From an uncultured Opitutaceae bacterium (lineage in GTDB: Bacteria > Verrucomicrobiota > Verrucomicrobiia > Opitutales > Opitutaceae): a stretch of 24,000 bases of DNA. The stretch covers positions 33,473 to 57,472 of the forward strand of contig CAYYGV010000007.1 of the NCBI GenBank assembly GCA_964471615.1, in the 5' to 3' direction. The notes beneath the pieces were generated by a model. It was not told the origin of the DNA and did not search any database. It saw nothing but the letters and a program-made list of their open reading frames with translations. Shown here piece by piece: positions 1 through 7,606 of the stretch. A program made the translations under genes and the position numbers. Every line of letters starts with the position of its first letter. Positions within the stretch are counted from its first letter, which is position 1.

Positions 1-2
1 AG

Positions 3-422
3 GACAAGGTATCGGCGGTGAAGACGCTCCGGGAGCGGCACGGCTTCGTCGGCATGGTGGGCGACGGTGTGAACGATGCGCCGGCCATGGCCACGGCGAC
101 GGTCGGCATCGCCATGGGCGCGGCGGGCACGGATGCCGCCATTGAGACCGCCGACATCGCGCTGATGGAGGACGACCTCGGTAGAATCGCTGAGACCATT
201 CGCCTCGGGCGGCGCACGCTTGGCATTGTCCGTTTCAACATCGCGTTCGCCCTCGGGCTGAAGGCGCTATTCCTCGTCCTCGCGCTGATCGGTTATGCCA
301 GCCTGTGGCTCGCGATCCTCGCCGACACCGGCGCGACACTGCTGGTCGTGGCCAACGCGCTGCGGCTGTTACAGGCACCCGCGTCGGAGCACCGTGCGTC
401 GCCGGTGTTCGGTGATAAATAG
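3..422 (+). CDS. Heavy-metal (Zn/Cd/Pb/Co-type) P1B-type ATPase, C-terminal fragment (gene starts left of window)
   Basis: The frame is open to the window edge ([39 protein letters not shown]...). It has the P-type ATPase hinge motif GDGVNDAPA and ends with the terminal TM pair and ...[19 protein letters not shown] typical of metal P1B ATPases. Confidence 0.93.
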   Translation, partial: DKVSAVKTLRERHGFVGMVGDGVNDAPAMATATVGIAMGAAGTDAAIETADIALMEDDLGRIAETIRLGRRTLGIVRFNIAFALGLKALFLVLALIGYASLWLAILADTGATLLVVANALRLLQAPASEHRASPVFGDK

Positions 423-553
423 TCATGCACTCCCTCATCGAGCGGCATGGCGAACTCGGGAGCCGCCCCGCCATAACAGTTCTGGAATATGTCATCTATC
501 GGCGATAGGGTGTTGTTCGTCGCTCGTGTCGGAACATTAACGAAAGGAACTCC

Positions 554-943
554 ATGAACATCGTCGTGCTGCGTGAGGCAAAAGGAAGCTTGGATGCGGT
601 TGGCAAACGGTTGGAGGAAGCGGTCAAGGCTCGGAAGTTCGGCGTGATCGGCATCCTGGACCTCCAGGCGAAAATGCGCGAGAAGGGCGTTGATTTCACT
701 CGTCCCTGTCGCATCTACGAAGTCTGCAATCCCCAGAAGGCAAAGCAGGTCCTCGAAAGCGATATGCGCATCTCCACCGCGCTGCCGTGCCGGATTTCGC
801 TTTATGAGGAGGGAGGCAAGACCATGTTGGCGACTCTCCTGCCAACCGAGACCCTCGGGCTTTTCGGCGCTCCCGGCCTGGAGGCGGTGGCTCAGGAGGT
901 TGAACGCGAGATCACGGCGATGATGGACGCAGCCGCTGGGTAG
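554..943 (+). CDS. DUF302-like small protein
   Basis: 129-aa ORF with an AAAGGA RBS 5' of the ATG. The sequence pattern (F.VIGILDLQAKMREKGVDF...CRIYEVCNPQKAKQVLE.D..IS..LPCRISLYEE.G.T.LATLLP) resembles DUF302 proteins. Confidence 0.8.
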   Translation: MNIVVLREAKGSLDAVGKRLEEAVKARKFGVIGILDLQAKMREKGVDFTRPCRIYEVCNPQKAKQVLESDMRISTALPCRISLYEEGGKTMLATLLPTETLGLFGAPGLEAVAQEVEREITAMMDAAAG

Positions 944-1127
944 CGGTCGAAACGAAGCCTCCGCCTAATGGGCCGTCGTCTTCCCCTATTGAGCATCAGT
1001 CCAGTTGGATTTGGTGCAGATGGAGCGAATCAGGCGACCAGCATGATGCATTCTCGGTTGTCGATTAGAACCAATAGATTCGTGGTTTTTCGGCGCAGGT
1101 AGCGAGCTGACCTGCATCGTCCGAACG

Positions 1128-2024
1128 TCAATCGCGCCAATCCGGGCAGTCATCCATCCACCGGCGCATCTGCCGCTTGGAAGGCGTGGTCGCTTTCTGC
1201 GGGTTCGTTTGTTCGGACGCATCTGGTGTGGCCGATTGCTCCCATCCTTGCCGTCTGCCGGACCACGACGGCGGCTTCATGCGCATGTCTTGCATCATGC
1301 CTTCCATCCAATTCATACGCTCGTCGCACATTTCGCTAAAGGCGGTTGCGACGGGGCGGTCCGCGGGTCGCGTCGTTGAAGCAAGGGCGTCGATGACGTT
1401 TTTCTGGTGTGCCGTGAGATAACCTGCCTGGCTGATCAGGCGGGCGCGTTCCTGCGGGCTCACGTTCAGTGATTCCTCCAAGGCGCTTTTGGTTTCCGCT
1501 AGCGCGGCGCGCAGCAAATTGTCGTCCAGGCCTTGCCCCCGCTCGAACCGTTTCACCGCTTCCGCCAGACGCCGGTCGGAAAACGTGATGCGCAGTTCGG
1601 CCTCGTCGTCGGCGTTGACGGCGAGGATCAGCCGGACGCGCTCGATCGCTCGCTTCACTGGATACATCCAATCGCCCGGCGTGGCCTGTGCTGAAAGGGT
1701 TGTCACGCCCCAGCCGACGAAGAAGACGATTGCGACGCTGGCGGCGACGCGCAGCCAAATCGGGGTCGGAAAACGCAACAGATGCGTTACGCGCTTCCGC
1801 GCGGCGGGCGGTGCTTCCGGCCTCGCAGCGCGGGAAAGCTCACGCATGAGCCCATGCAAGGTTAGCGGTGGGGCGGGCAGGGCCGCGAGCTCGCAGCCCG
1901 TGGCGAGCAGAGGTCTGAGTTCGTCGGCGAACTCCGGATAGGCCGCCAGCGCCGTCTCAATGCTCGCTCCGTTGCGGATTTGTTCGATGCACTGGTCGAG
2001 CGCCTCTTCGATTGTCGGCTTCAT
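1128..2024 (-). CDS. Anti-sigma-like/DUF5667-like membrane protein coupled to the upstream sigma factor
   Basis: 298 aa. N-terminal helical region (IEEALDQCIEQIRNGASIETALAAYPEFADELRPLL), one TM segment (IWLRVAASVAIVFFVGWGVTTLSA), then a helical ectodomain. Its ATG overlaps the stop of the sigma-factor gene. Confidence 0.7.
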   Translation of the reverse strand: MKPTIEEALDQCIEQIRNGASIETALAAYPEFADELRPLLATGCELAALPAPPLTLHGLMRELSRAARPEAPPAARKRVTHLLRFPTPIWLRVAASVAIVFFVGWGVTTLSAQATPGDWMYPVKRAIERVRLILAVNADDEAELRITFSDRRLAEAVKRFERGQGLDDNLLRAALAETKSALEESLNVSPQERARLISQAGYLTAHQKNVIDALASTTRPADRPVATAFSEMCDERMNWMEGMMQDMRMKPPSWSGRRQGWEQSATPDASEQTNPQKATTPSKRQMRRWMDDCPDWRD

Positions 2025-2578
2025 GATGTCGCTCCTTTCCGCTCCAGCACCACCCGCATGGCCTTGAGCGCACGAAATTGCATAACGCGGATGGCATTGA
2101 GATTCTGTCCGGTGATCTCCCCAATTTCCTCATTACTCAAACCCTGCACGAATTTTAGCGTCAACAGTTCGCGGTGTTCCTCACTCATGTGGGTCAGCGC
2201 ATTCTCGATATCGACGCGAGTCGCAGCCGCGTCCGGCGAGACCGTTTGGCTCGCAAGCGATGCCTGCACCGTGTCGGTGAGTTCCATTTCCGGGCGCGCC
2301 TGCCGGTAACGCACGCGGTCCACGATGACGTTGCGGGCGAGGCGATAGAGCCATGGCTCGAATCTTCCCGTCTGTTGGTGAATCGCGCGCATCACTTTGG
2401 CGAACACCTCGCTCGTGAGATCGTCCGCTTCATCCGGTCCCATCCGATACCGCATGAATTTGAGGATTTTCGGATAATAACGTGTGCACAGTTCGGCCAA
2501 GGCTTCGGGGTCGCGGTCCCTAGCCTGTGCTAGAAGCTCAGGCCGGCACGCAACCTCATTATCTGATGGTATCTCCAT
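2021..2578 (-). CDS. ECF/sigma-70 family RNA polymerase sigma factor
   Basis: Sigma2 region (LCTRYYPKILKFMRYRMGPDEADDLTSEVFAKVMRAI...FEPWLYRLARNVIVDRVRYRQ) and sigma4 (MSEEHRELLTLKFVQGLSNEEIGEITGQNLNAIRVMQFRALKAMR). The likely start is MEIPSDNEV at 2578; the longer ORF to 2779 is probably not coding. Confidence 0.9.
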   Translation of the reverse strand: MEIPSDNEVACRPELLAQARDRDPEALAELCTRYYPKILKFMRYRMGPDEADDLTSEVFAKVMRAIHQQTGRFEPWLYRLARNVIVDRVRYRQARPEMELTDTVQASLASQTVSPDAAATRVDIENALTHMSEEHRELLTLKFVQGLSNEEIGEITGQNLNAIRVMQFRALKAMRVVLERKGATS

Positions 2579-2724
2579 TCCTTGGGAACTCGTTGATATA
2601 GTGCAGATGATCGCGAGTGCATGGCAAGATGCGTTCGTTGCACCATGGACCGGAGTTCGCCCGGCGCAAATCGATGTCCGGGCGGCTCCGGTCGCGGCAG
2701 GGTTATCGCCCTGCTCACCTTGCG

Positions 2725-3111
2725 TCACCAACAACACCCGGTGGGAGTTCCTTTCATGCTGTCGGTATGCCGACCACACCGGGCACTATGCCCGGGAACC
2801 ATCCAGCTATACCAATGATGGCAGCGGTTTGAGTGCGTGGCGTTGTAGGCTGCTCTGTCGACGTTCGGCAGGGGCTGGCTGTCGGGAAGACCGCGTCCGT
2901 AAACTTCATGCCGCACAGCCCACGGGCACGCAGTCTTGCCGTTGGGCAGCGTATTCCATGGGGCTGCCATATCCTGGGCCTGCCCATACGCCACGCCCTG
3001 GCGCCAAACACCCGGGTCGTTTGTTGCCGGATCGGTGGCGCTCGGACTGGCGGCAAATACAGCCGCAGCGCTTCCGATGATGATGATTCCTGTTAGAATG
3101 GTCGTTTTCAT
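2725..3111 (-). CDS. Small exported hypothetical protein with signal peptide, Cys/His/Trp-rich C-terminus
   Basis: The internal ATG at 3111 gives MKTTILTGIIIIGSAAAVFAASP..., a clear signal peptide, then a 128-aa continuous ORF ending ...CHHWYSWMVPGHSARCGRHTDSMKGTPTGCCW. No family recognised. Confidence 0.5.
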   Translation of the reverse strand: MKTTILTGIIIIGSAAAVFAASPSATDPATNDPGVWRQGVAYGQAQDMAAPWNTLPNGKTACPWAVRHEVYGRGLPDSQPLPNVDRAAYNATHSNRCHHWYSWMVPGHSARCGRHTDSMKGTPTGCCW

Positions 3112-3420
3112 AGCTTCTCTTTGATTGATCGTTTGTTCGGTGCCCGGCTCGCCCGGGCGTTTCTCGGTAACGTAGATCAAGACGGGCGAGGTCGCCCGAG
3201 CATTACTCCAGAAAATGCACTCTGAGAAGAGCGGCTGCCTACCATGTCGCGCCATGCTGTGTCCCTGGAGCACTACCATTCGGTTGCGTCGTCCGCATCG
3301 ATCGTGCGCGTTTCTTGGTGAATCTCCCCATCGGATGGTCTGATCCAACGTGCTGACCCGATTTTACACCTAACCAAGGTGGGCTTGCCGCCCTCGCCGG
3401 GATGTCCCTTGACGCCGAGC

Positions 3421-3442
3421 TATTACACCATACCGTGTAATA
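3421..3442. promoter_or_regulatory. Perfect 8-bp inverted repeat (TATTACAC-CATACC-GTGTAATA), candidate ArsR-family operator
   Basis: Arms TATTACAC (3421-3428) and GTGTAATA (3435-3442) are perfect reverse complements around a 6-bp spacer. The site ends 2 nt before the first ATG of the arsR-family ORF. Confidence 0.65.
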
Positions 3443-3444
3443 CT

Positions 3445-3837
3445 ATGATCGCCTTGTCGCCCAAGCGGCGTTCGGTGCCGCACGCGAACCCGTTAGCCTG
3501 CCCGCCTAAACCCGCGCTCGACAGACGAGCGCTGCTCTCGAAACCGGAGGCCCGTCGGCTGGTCGGGGTCTTCAAGGTGCTGGCGAATGACACGCGGCTC
3601 CGGTTGCTCCACGCCTTGGTGCGCGAGGGCGAACTGTGCGTGAACGACCTCGCCGGGGCGCTGCGCATGAAGCCCCAGGCCATCTCGAATCAGCTTCAAC
3701 GTCTGGCGACGGAGCAGATCGTCGCCGCCCGGCGCGAAAGCAACCAAGTCATCTATCGCATCGTTGACCCGTGTGTCACGGAGCTGCTCGACCGTGGGTG
3801 GTGCCTGGCCGAGGATGCGGTCGCGCGCCAAACATGA
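3445..3837 (+). CDS. ArsR/SmtB-family winged-helix transcriptional regulator
   Basis: VFKVLANDTRLRLLHALVREGELCVNDLAGALRMKPQAISNQLQRLATEQIVAARRESNQVIYRIVDPCVTELLD has the typical ArsR fold motifs. The start could be ATG 3445 or GTG 3475. Confidence 0.92.
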   Translation: MIALSPKRRSVPHANPLACPPKPALDRRALLSKPEARRLVGVFKVLANDTRLRLLHALVREGELCVNDLAGALRMKPQAISNQLQRLATEQIVAARRESNQVIYRIVDPCVTELLDRGWCLAEDAVARQT

Positions 3838-4997
3838 GCGAAGACGCGACCACGCTGACCACGCCGGACTTTGCGGCGGCGACCCGGCAGATGCACGACG
3901 CGGCGTCAGCCAAGAAGTGCTGGCAATGTGGTTGTTTGCACAGTTCGTTGCGCGCGATCGGGGAAGCGTTCCCGAACGGCGGGTCCGCAGAGTTGGGCGA
4001 CGTGCTCGCCTTGGCCCGTTCGCGCCTGCAACCGATGCGTTATGACTGTCTCGGTTGTGAAATCTGCTGGCCGGCCCTGGCGATCAACGCGCTTGGCGTC
4101 GAGGGTGATGCCTGCCCGGCAGAGCCGGTGGAAATGCGTGCAGGATGGCCGCCGCTTCCCGGCTCCTACCAAACGTTGCGTTACCATGCACCGGTGGCCG
4201 TTTGCACCCTGACCGATGAAACACTGATGAACAGCGTCGCCGCCAGCGGGAGGGGAGCAGTTGCGATTGTGGGAACGCTACAAACGGAAAACCTCGGGAT
4301 TGAGCGACTCCTGCAGAATACACTGGCCAATCCCAACATTCGCTTCCTCGTGCTGTGTGGCACGGATTCGCGGCAAGCCATCGGCCACCTGCCGGGACAG
4401 TCGCTGCTCGCGCTGGCGCGGTCGGGGGTGGACGACCGGATGCGCATCGTCGGCGCTCCCGGCAAGCGGCCCTTGCTGCGCAACCTGAGCCGCGAGGCAG
4501 TGGAGCATTTCCGGCGTTCGGTGGAAGTCGTCGATCTGATCGGAGAAACCGACGTGCCGCGAGTCATGGAGGCGGTGAAGACCTGCGAAGAAAAGAGTCC
4601 CGGGCCGGCTGAACCGTTTGGGAGCACGCGACCCGTCAATGTCGTCACCGGCTACCTGCCTGGGCGGATGGTCTCCGATCCCGCCGGCTATTTCGTAGTC
4701 TATCCGGACCGTGACCGTGGGCTGCTGCAGTTGGAGCATTACCGCAACGACGGCGTGCTGGATGCTGTTGTCGAAGGACGTTCACCCGCAGAGCTGTTTA
4801 TTCCGGTCATTGAGAAGAACCTGATTTCCCGGCTCGATCATGCGGCCTACCTGGGCCGGGAGCTGGCTCGGGCCGAACAGGCCTTGCTGAGTGGCGGGCC
4901 GTTCGTGCAGGACGCCGCTCCAGAGGTGGAAAAGCAACCTTCAGCCAAACGGTCGAGTTGCGGCTGTAGCGGACCCTGCAAAGAAAACGAGCCATGA
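3834..4997 (+). CDS. Tetrahydromethanopterin S-methyltransferase subunit A-like (MtrA-like)/DUF4346-like protein with N-terminal Cys-cluster region
   Basis: 388 codons including stop. N-terminal CWQCGC...CLGCEICWPA; central block NIRFLVLCGTDSRQAIGHLPGQSLLALARSGVDDRMRIVGAPGKRPLLRNLSREAVEHFRRSVEVVDLIGETDV resembles MtrA; C-terminal GYFVVYPDRDRGLLQLEHYRNDGVLDAVVEGRSPAELFIPVI resembles DUF4346. ATGA overlap with the arsR stop. Confidence 0.75.
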   Translation: MSEDATTLTTPDFAAATRQMHDAASAKKCWQCGCLHSSLRAIGEAFPNGGSAELGDVLALARSRLQPMRYDCLGCEICWPALAINALGVEGDACPAEPVEMRAGWPPLPGSYQTLRYHAPVAVCTLTDETLMNSVAASGRGAVAIVGTLQTENLGIERLLQNTLANPNIRFLVLCGTDSRQAIGHLPGQSLLALARSGVDDRMRIVGAPGKRPLLRNLSREAVEHFRRSVEVVDLIGETDVPRVMEAVKTCEEKSPGPAEPFGSTRPVNVVTGYLPGRMVSDPAGYFVVYPDRDRGLLQLEHYRNDGVLDAVVEGRSPAELFIPVIEKNLISRLDHAAYLGRELARAEQALLSGGPFVQDAAPEVEKQPSAKRSSCGCSGPCKENEP

Positions 4998-5371
4998 AAA
5001 ACCTGATAATCGCCGCATTGGCGCTCCTCGTCGCACCATGGGTGCAGGCAAGCGCCGCAGACTCTCAATCGTCCAAGGTGCCATCGCCACCGGTCCGCGA
5101 CGTAGCCGCGCACCCGGCCGCGCACGTGGGACGCCTGGCGCTGACCGGCGTGGTCGGCATCGTCACGCCGGGGAAAGGCTTTGTCCTCATGGATCTGAAG
5201 GAATATCAGGAGGAAGGATTTGCGTGCTTGGCGACAGACGAGCCGATCAAAATCGCCGTGCAGTGGACAGGAGCGGCTCCCAAGGTGAGGGAGAAGGTGC
5301 AGGTGGACGGGAAATTGGTGAAGGAGCAAAAGGGCTACGCCTTCATCGCGGAAAAAGTCAGCCAGCAATGA
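4994..5371 (+). CDS. Small exported protein (signal peptide, possible OB-fold-like beta domain)
   Basis: MKNLIIAALALLVAPWVQASAA signal peptide, then VGRLALTGVVGIVTPGKGFVLMDLKEYQEEGFACLATDEPIKIAVQWTGAAPKVREKVQVDGKLVKE. ATGA overlap with the preceding gene. Confidence 0.75.
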   Translation: MKNLIIAALALLVAPWVQASAADSQSSKVPSPPVRDVAAHPAAHVGRLALTGVVGIVTPGKGFVLMDLKEYQEEGFACLATDEPIKIAVQWTGAAPKVREKVQVDGKLVKEQKGYAFIAEKVSQQ

Positions 5372-5958
5372 GCGTTGCCGTCTCCAATAAAAGATCAGCT
5401 TTGCACCGGGCGCGCTGGTTTCCGCTCGCGGTCTTCGTCGCGGTGTTTGTGTTTCACGCCCTCTATGTCCGTCATGTGAGCCGCCTGCCGGCAGCGGGTT
5501 GGGCGAACGCCGGCATCGTGGACAATGGGTTCTGGGGGTTTCACCCTTACCTGCGGGCACAGGATTATTTCGCCGGCTTTTCGTATGCGCTGGCCGCGGC
5601 GTTCGGAACGTGGGCTGTCACGCGGTTTCTGCGCCAGCGGCGCGCGGCAATGGCGGCGGGCGCGGTCGGAAGCGTTTCGCTGGTGGCGGTGCTGATGGCG
5701 GGCGGCTGTTTTTTTATTGGCTGCTGCGGCTCGCCGCTGCTGGCCGTTTACTTGAGCCTGTTCGGAGCAAAGGCCCTCGGAGCGGGCAAGCCCCTAATGG
5801 CGCTTGTCACATTGCTCTCAACCGGCTGCGGTTACTACTGCCTGTCGCCGCGCTTCAAGGGGCGCCGATTTGCCGCTGACATCTGTAGTTGCGAGTGGGC
5901 CGAACAAACTGCACCTTCCGCGGCACCTAAGCCGGGCAATGAGTCAACGACGCGATGA
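5368..5958 (+). CDS. Multi-pass membrane protein with Cys-Cys motif
   Basis: 196 aa with several hydrophobic segments. Includes GGCFFIGCCGSPLLAVYLSLFG and LLSTGCGYYCLSPRF, with tail DICSCEWAEQ. ATGA overlap with the preceding gene. Confidence 0.75.
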   Translation: MSVAVSNKRSALHRARWFPLAVFVAVFVFHALYVRHVSRLPAAGWANAGIVDNGFWGFHPYLRAQDYFAGFSYALAAAFGTWAVTRFLRQRRAAMAAGAVGSVSLVAVLMAGGCFFIGCCGSPLLAVYLSLFGAKALGAGKPLMALVTLLSTGCGYYCLSPRFKGRRFAADICSCEWAEQTAPSAAPKPGNESTTR

Positions 5959-5991
5959 GCATAGTTGCCGCATCAAAACACGGCGGTGGCA

Positions 5992-6261
5992 TTAGCGTTT
6001 GTTGCGACCGGGCAGTCGACCCTGCGGTTTGCCGCGTCGGTGCCGCACCTGTTTCGTAACAGCTTTCAACCGGGCGCCGAGGACCCTGATGTCGATCTCG
6101 GCGGTGGCGACGGTGGCGCGGGCTTTGGCGCGGCGGACTTCGGCCTTCATGAGGTCGCGCTTCAAGGTTTCGAGGTCGTCGGCGCTGCCTGACGGACGGG
6201 TGTTGCGGGCGGAGGTGGCGGTGCGATCAATCGATGGTGTATCAGAGGTTCCGTTGTTCAT
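5992..6261 (-). CDS. Hypothetical small coiled-coil-like protein
   Basis: 89-aa ORF from MNNGTSDTPS..., with a charged helical stretch DDLETLKRDLMKAEVRRAKARATVATAEIDIRVLGARLKAVTKQV. No homology recognised. Confidence 0.3.
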   Translation of the reverse strand: MNNGTSDTPSIDRTATSARNTRPSGSADDLETLKRDLMKAEVRRAKARATVATAEIDIRVLGARLKAVTKQVRHRRGKPQGRLPGRNKR

Positions 6262-6319
6262 AATGATGGGTGCCGGTTGAACCGGCTTTTGGATGGGTTC
6301 GGGATGATGCCGTGATTGA

Positions 6320-6757
6320 ATGCTGCTCTGGCGGTTGCACAGGCATGAAGCCGACGAGGAACGCGAGCGTTGGGCGCTCAAGTGGGCCGGCATCTCCTTT
6401 CTTTTGCTCGCGGCCTATATCGCGTTCGACGCGGGCAAGGCATTGTGGCCGCGGGAGCCGCCTGAAGCCAGCAACGTTGGCATGGTTCTCGGAACGGCGT
6501 CGCTTGTCGTCACGCCACTGCTGGCCCGCGCCAAACGCAACGTCGCGGCCCGATTGGGAAGCCGGGCGCTGGCGGCAGATTCGACGCAGACGAATCTGTG
6601 CGCCTACCTTTCTGCGATTATGCTCTCCGGGCTTGCCTTGAATGCGTTTGGGGGTTGGTGGTGGGCCGATCCCGCCGCTGCGCTCGTGATTGTGCTGATT
6701 ATCGTCCACGAAGGAATGGAAGCGCTGCGAGGAAAGGCTTGCTCTGATTGTCGCTGA
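6320..6757 (+). pseudogene. Cation diffusion facilitator (CDF)/cation efflux family, N-terminally truncated remnant
   Basis: LLWRLHRHEADEERERWALKWAGISFLLLAAYIAFDAGKALW...ARAKRNVAARLGSRALAADSTQTNLCAYLSAIMLSGLALNAFGGWWWADPAAALVIVLIIVHEGMEALRG resembles the C-terminal part of CDF-like transporters. In-frame TGA at 6317-6319 is directly upstream, and the first TM helices are absent. Confidence 0.65.
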
Positions 6758-6883
6758 CTTAGCGGTAGACGCTCCCGTGCATCATCCGGTCGGCTAAACT
6801 GAAATGAAGGCCATCGCGTCTTGTAATACGGCGACGAGACGCGCCGAGCCGGCGGGACGAGACAAAATAGGAGGGAATAAGCC

Positions 6884-6970
6884 ATGGGTGGCGGAGTCCA
6901 ACCAGCCGGATGCCATCATGATTACCACCGTTCTTGTTCTTGCCGCCCTGACTGTTCTGGTCGCTGTTGA
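6884..6970 (+). other. Candidate 28-aa Cys/His-rich micropeptide ORF
   Basis: GGAGGG precedes ATG 6884. Translation is MGGGVQPAGCHHDYHRSCSCRPDCSGRC*. It overlaps another tiny hydrophobic ORF (6918-6986, MITTVLVLAALTVLVAVDDKDS) in a different frame. Confidence 0.2.
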
Positions 6971-7054
6971 CGACAAGGATAGCTGACGGAGCCATTCCCG
7001 GGATAAATCTCGGAACGGGCGGAATAAAGTGCGAGGCTCCCCGTCCAAACGACG

Positions 7055-7606
7055 ATGGAAGCCGTCCATTTCCAAAGTCTGGTCGATCAGTGGTATGACC
7101 CGCTCTACCGCTTCGCGCTGAGCCTTTCCCGGAACGGAGACAGTGCGCTCGACCTCACACAGCAGACGTTCGCCCGGTGGGCGGAAAAGGGCAGCGGCTT
7201 GCGGGACGCCTCTAAGGCGAAGTCCTGGCTTTTTACCGTCCTCTACCGGGAGTTTCTCAATACACAGCGCCGGCAACGCCGCGAGGGGCCGCCAGACTCA
7301 GAGGACTTCTTTGAGTCCGTCCCGGCGGAGGAAACCAGCTCGTCGCGGTCCGTCGATGGGCACCAGGCGATGGCCGCATTGCAGGAGATCGATGAGGTGT
7401 TCCGCGCTCCGTTGATCCTCTTTTACCTCGAAAACCATTCCTACAGGGAGATCGCTGAGATTCTCGACGTTCCCGTCGGGACCGTGATGTCCCGCATCTC
7501 GCGTGGCAAGGAACAGCTGCGCCGCAAACTGCGTGATGGCACTGCCGGCAAACCCGGCAAAATCGTTCCAATGACTCCTCCCACGAAAGGAGCGCACCAT
7601 GGATAA
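7055..7606 (+). CDS. ECF-type RNA polymerase sigma factor
   Basis: Sigma2 YDPLYRFALSLSRNGDSALDLTQQTFARWAEKG...KSWLFTVLYREFLNTQRR and sigma4 LQEIDEVFRAPLILFYLENHSYREIAEILDVPVGTVMSRISRGKEQLRRKL. Confidence 0.95.
   Translation: MEAVHFQSLVDQWYDPLYRFALSLSRNGDSALDLTQQTFARWAEKGSGLRDASKAKSWLFTVLYREFLNTQRRQRREGPPDSEDFFESVPAEETSSSRSVDGHQAMAALQEIDEVFRAPLILFYLENHSYREIAEILDVPVGTVMSRISRGKEQLRRKLRDGTAGKPGKIVPMTPPTKGAHHG

Noticed and set aside
2579-2779. N-terminal extension of the sigma-factor ORF
   Set aside because: The extension (MWSAYRQHERNSHRVLLVTQGEQ...) is not sigma-like; sigma region 2 begins shortly after the MEIPSDNEV start at 2578.
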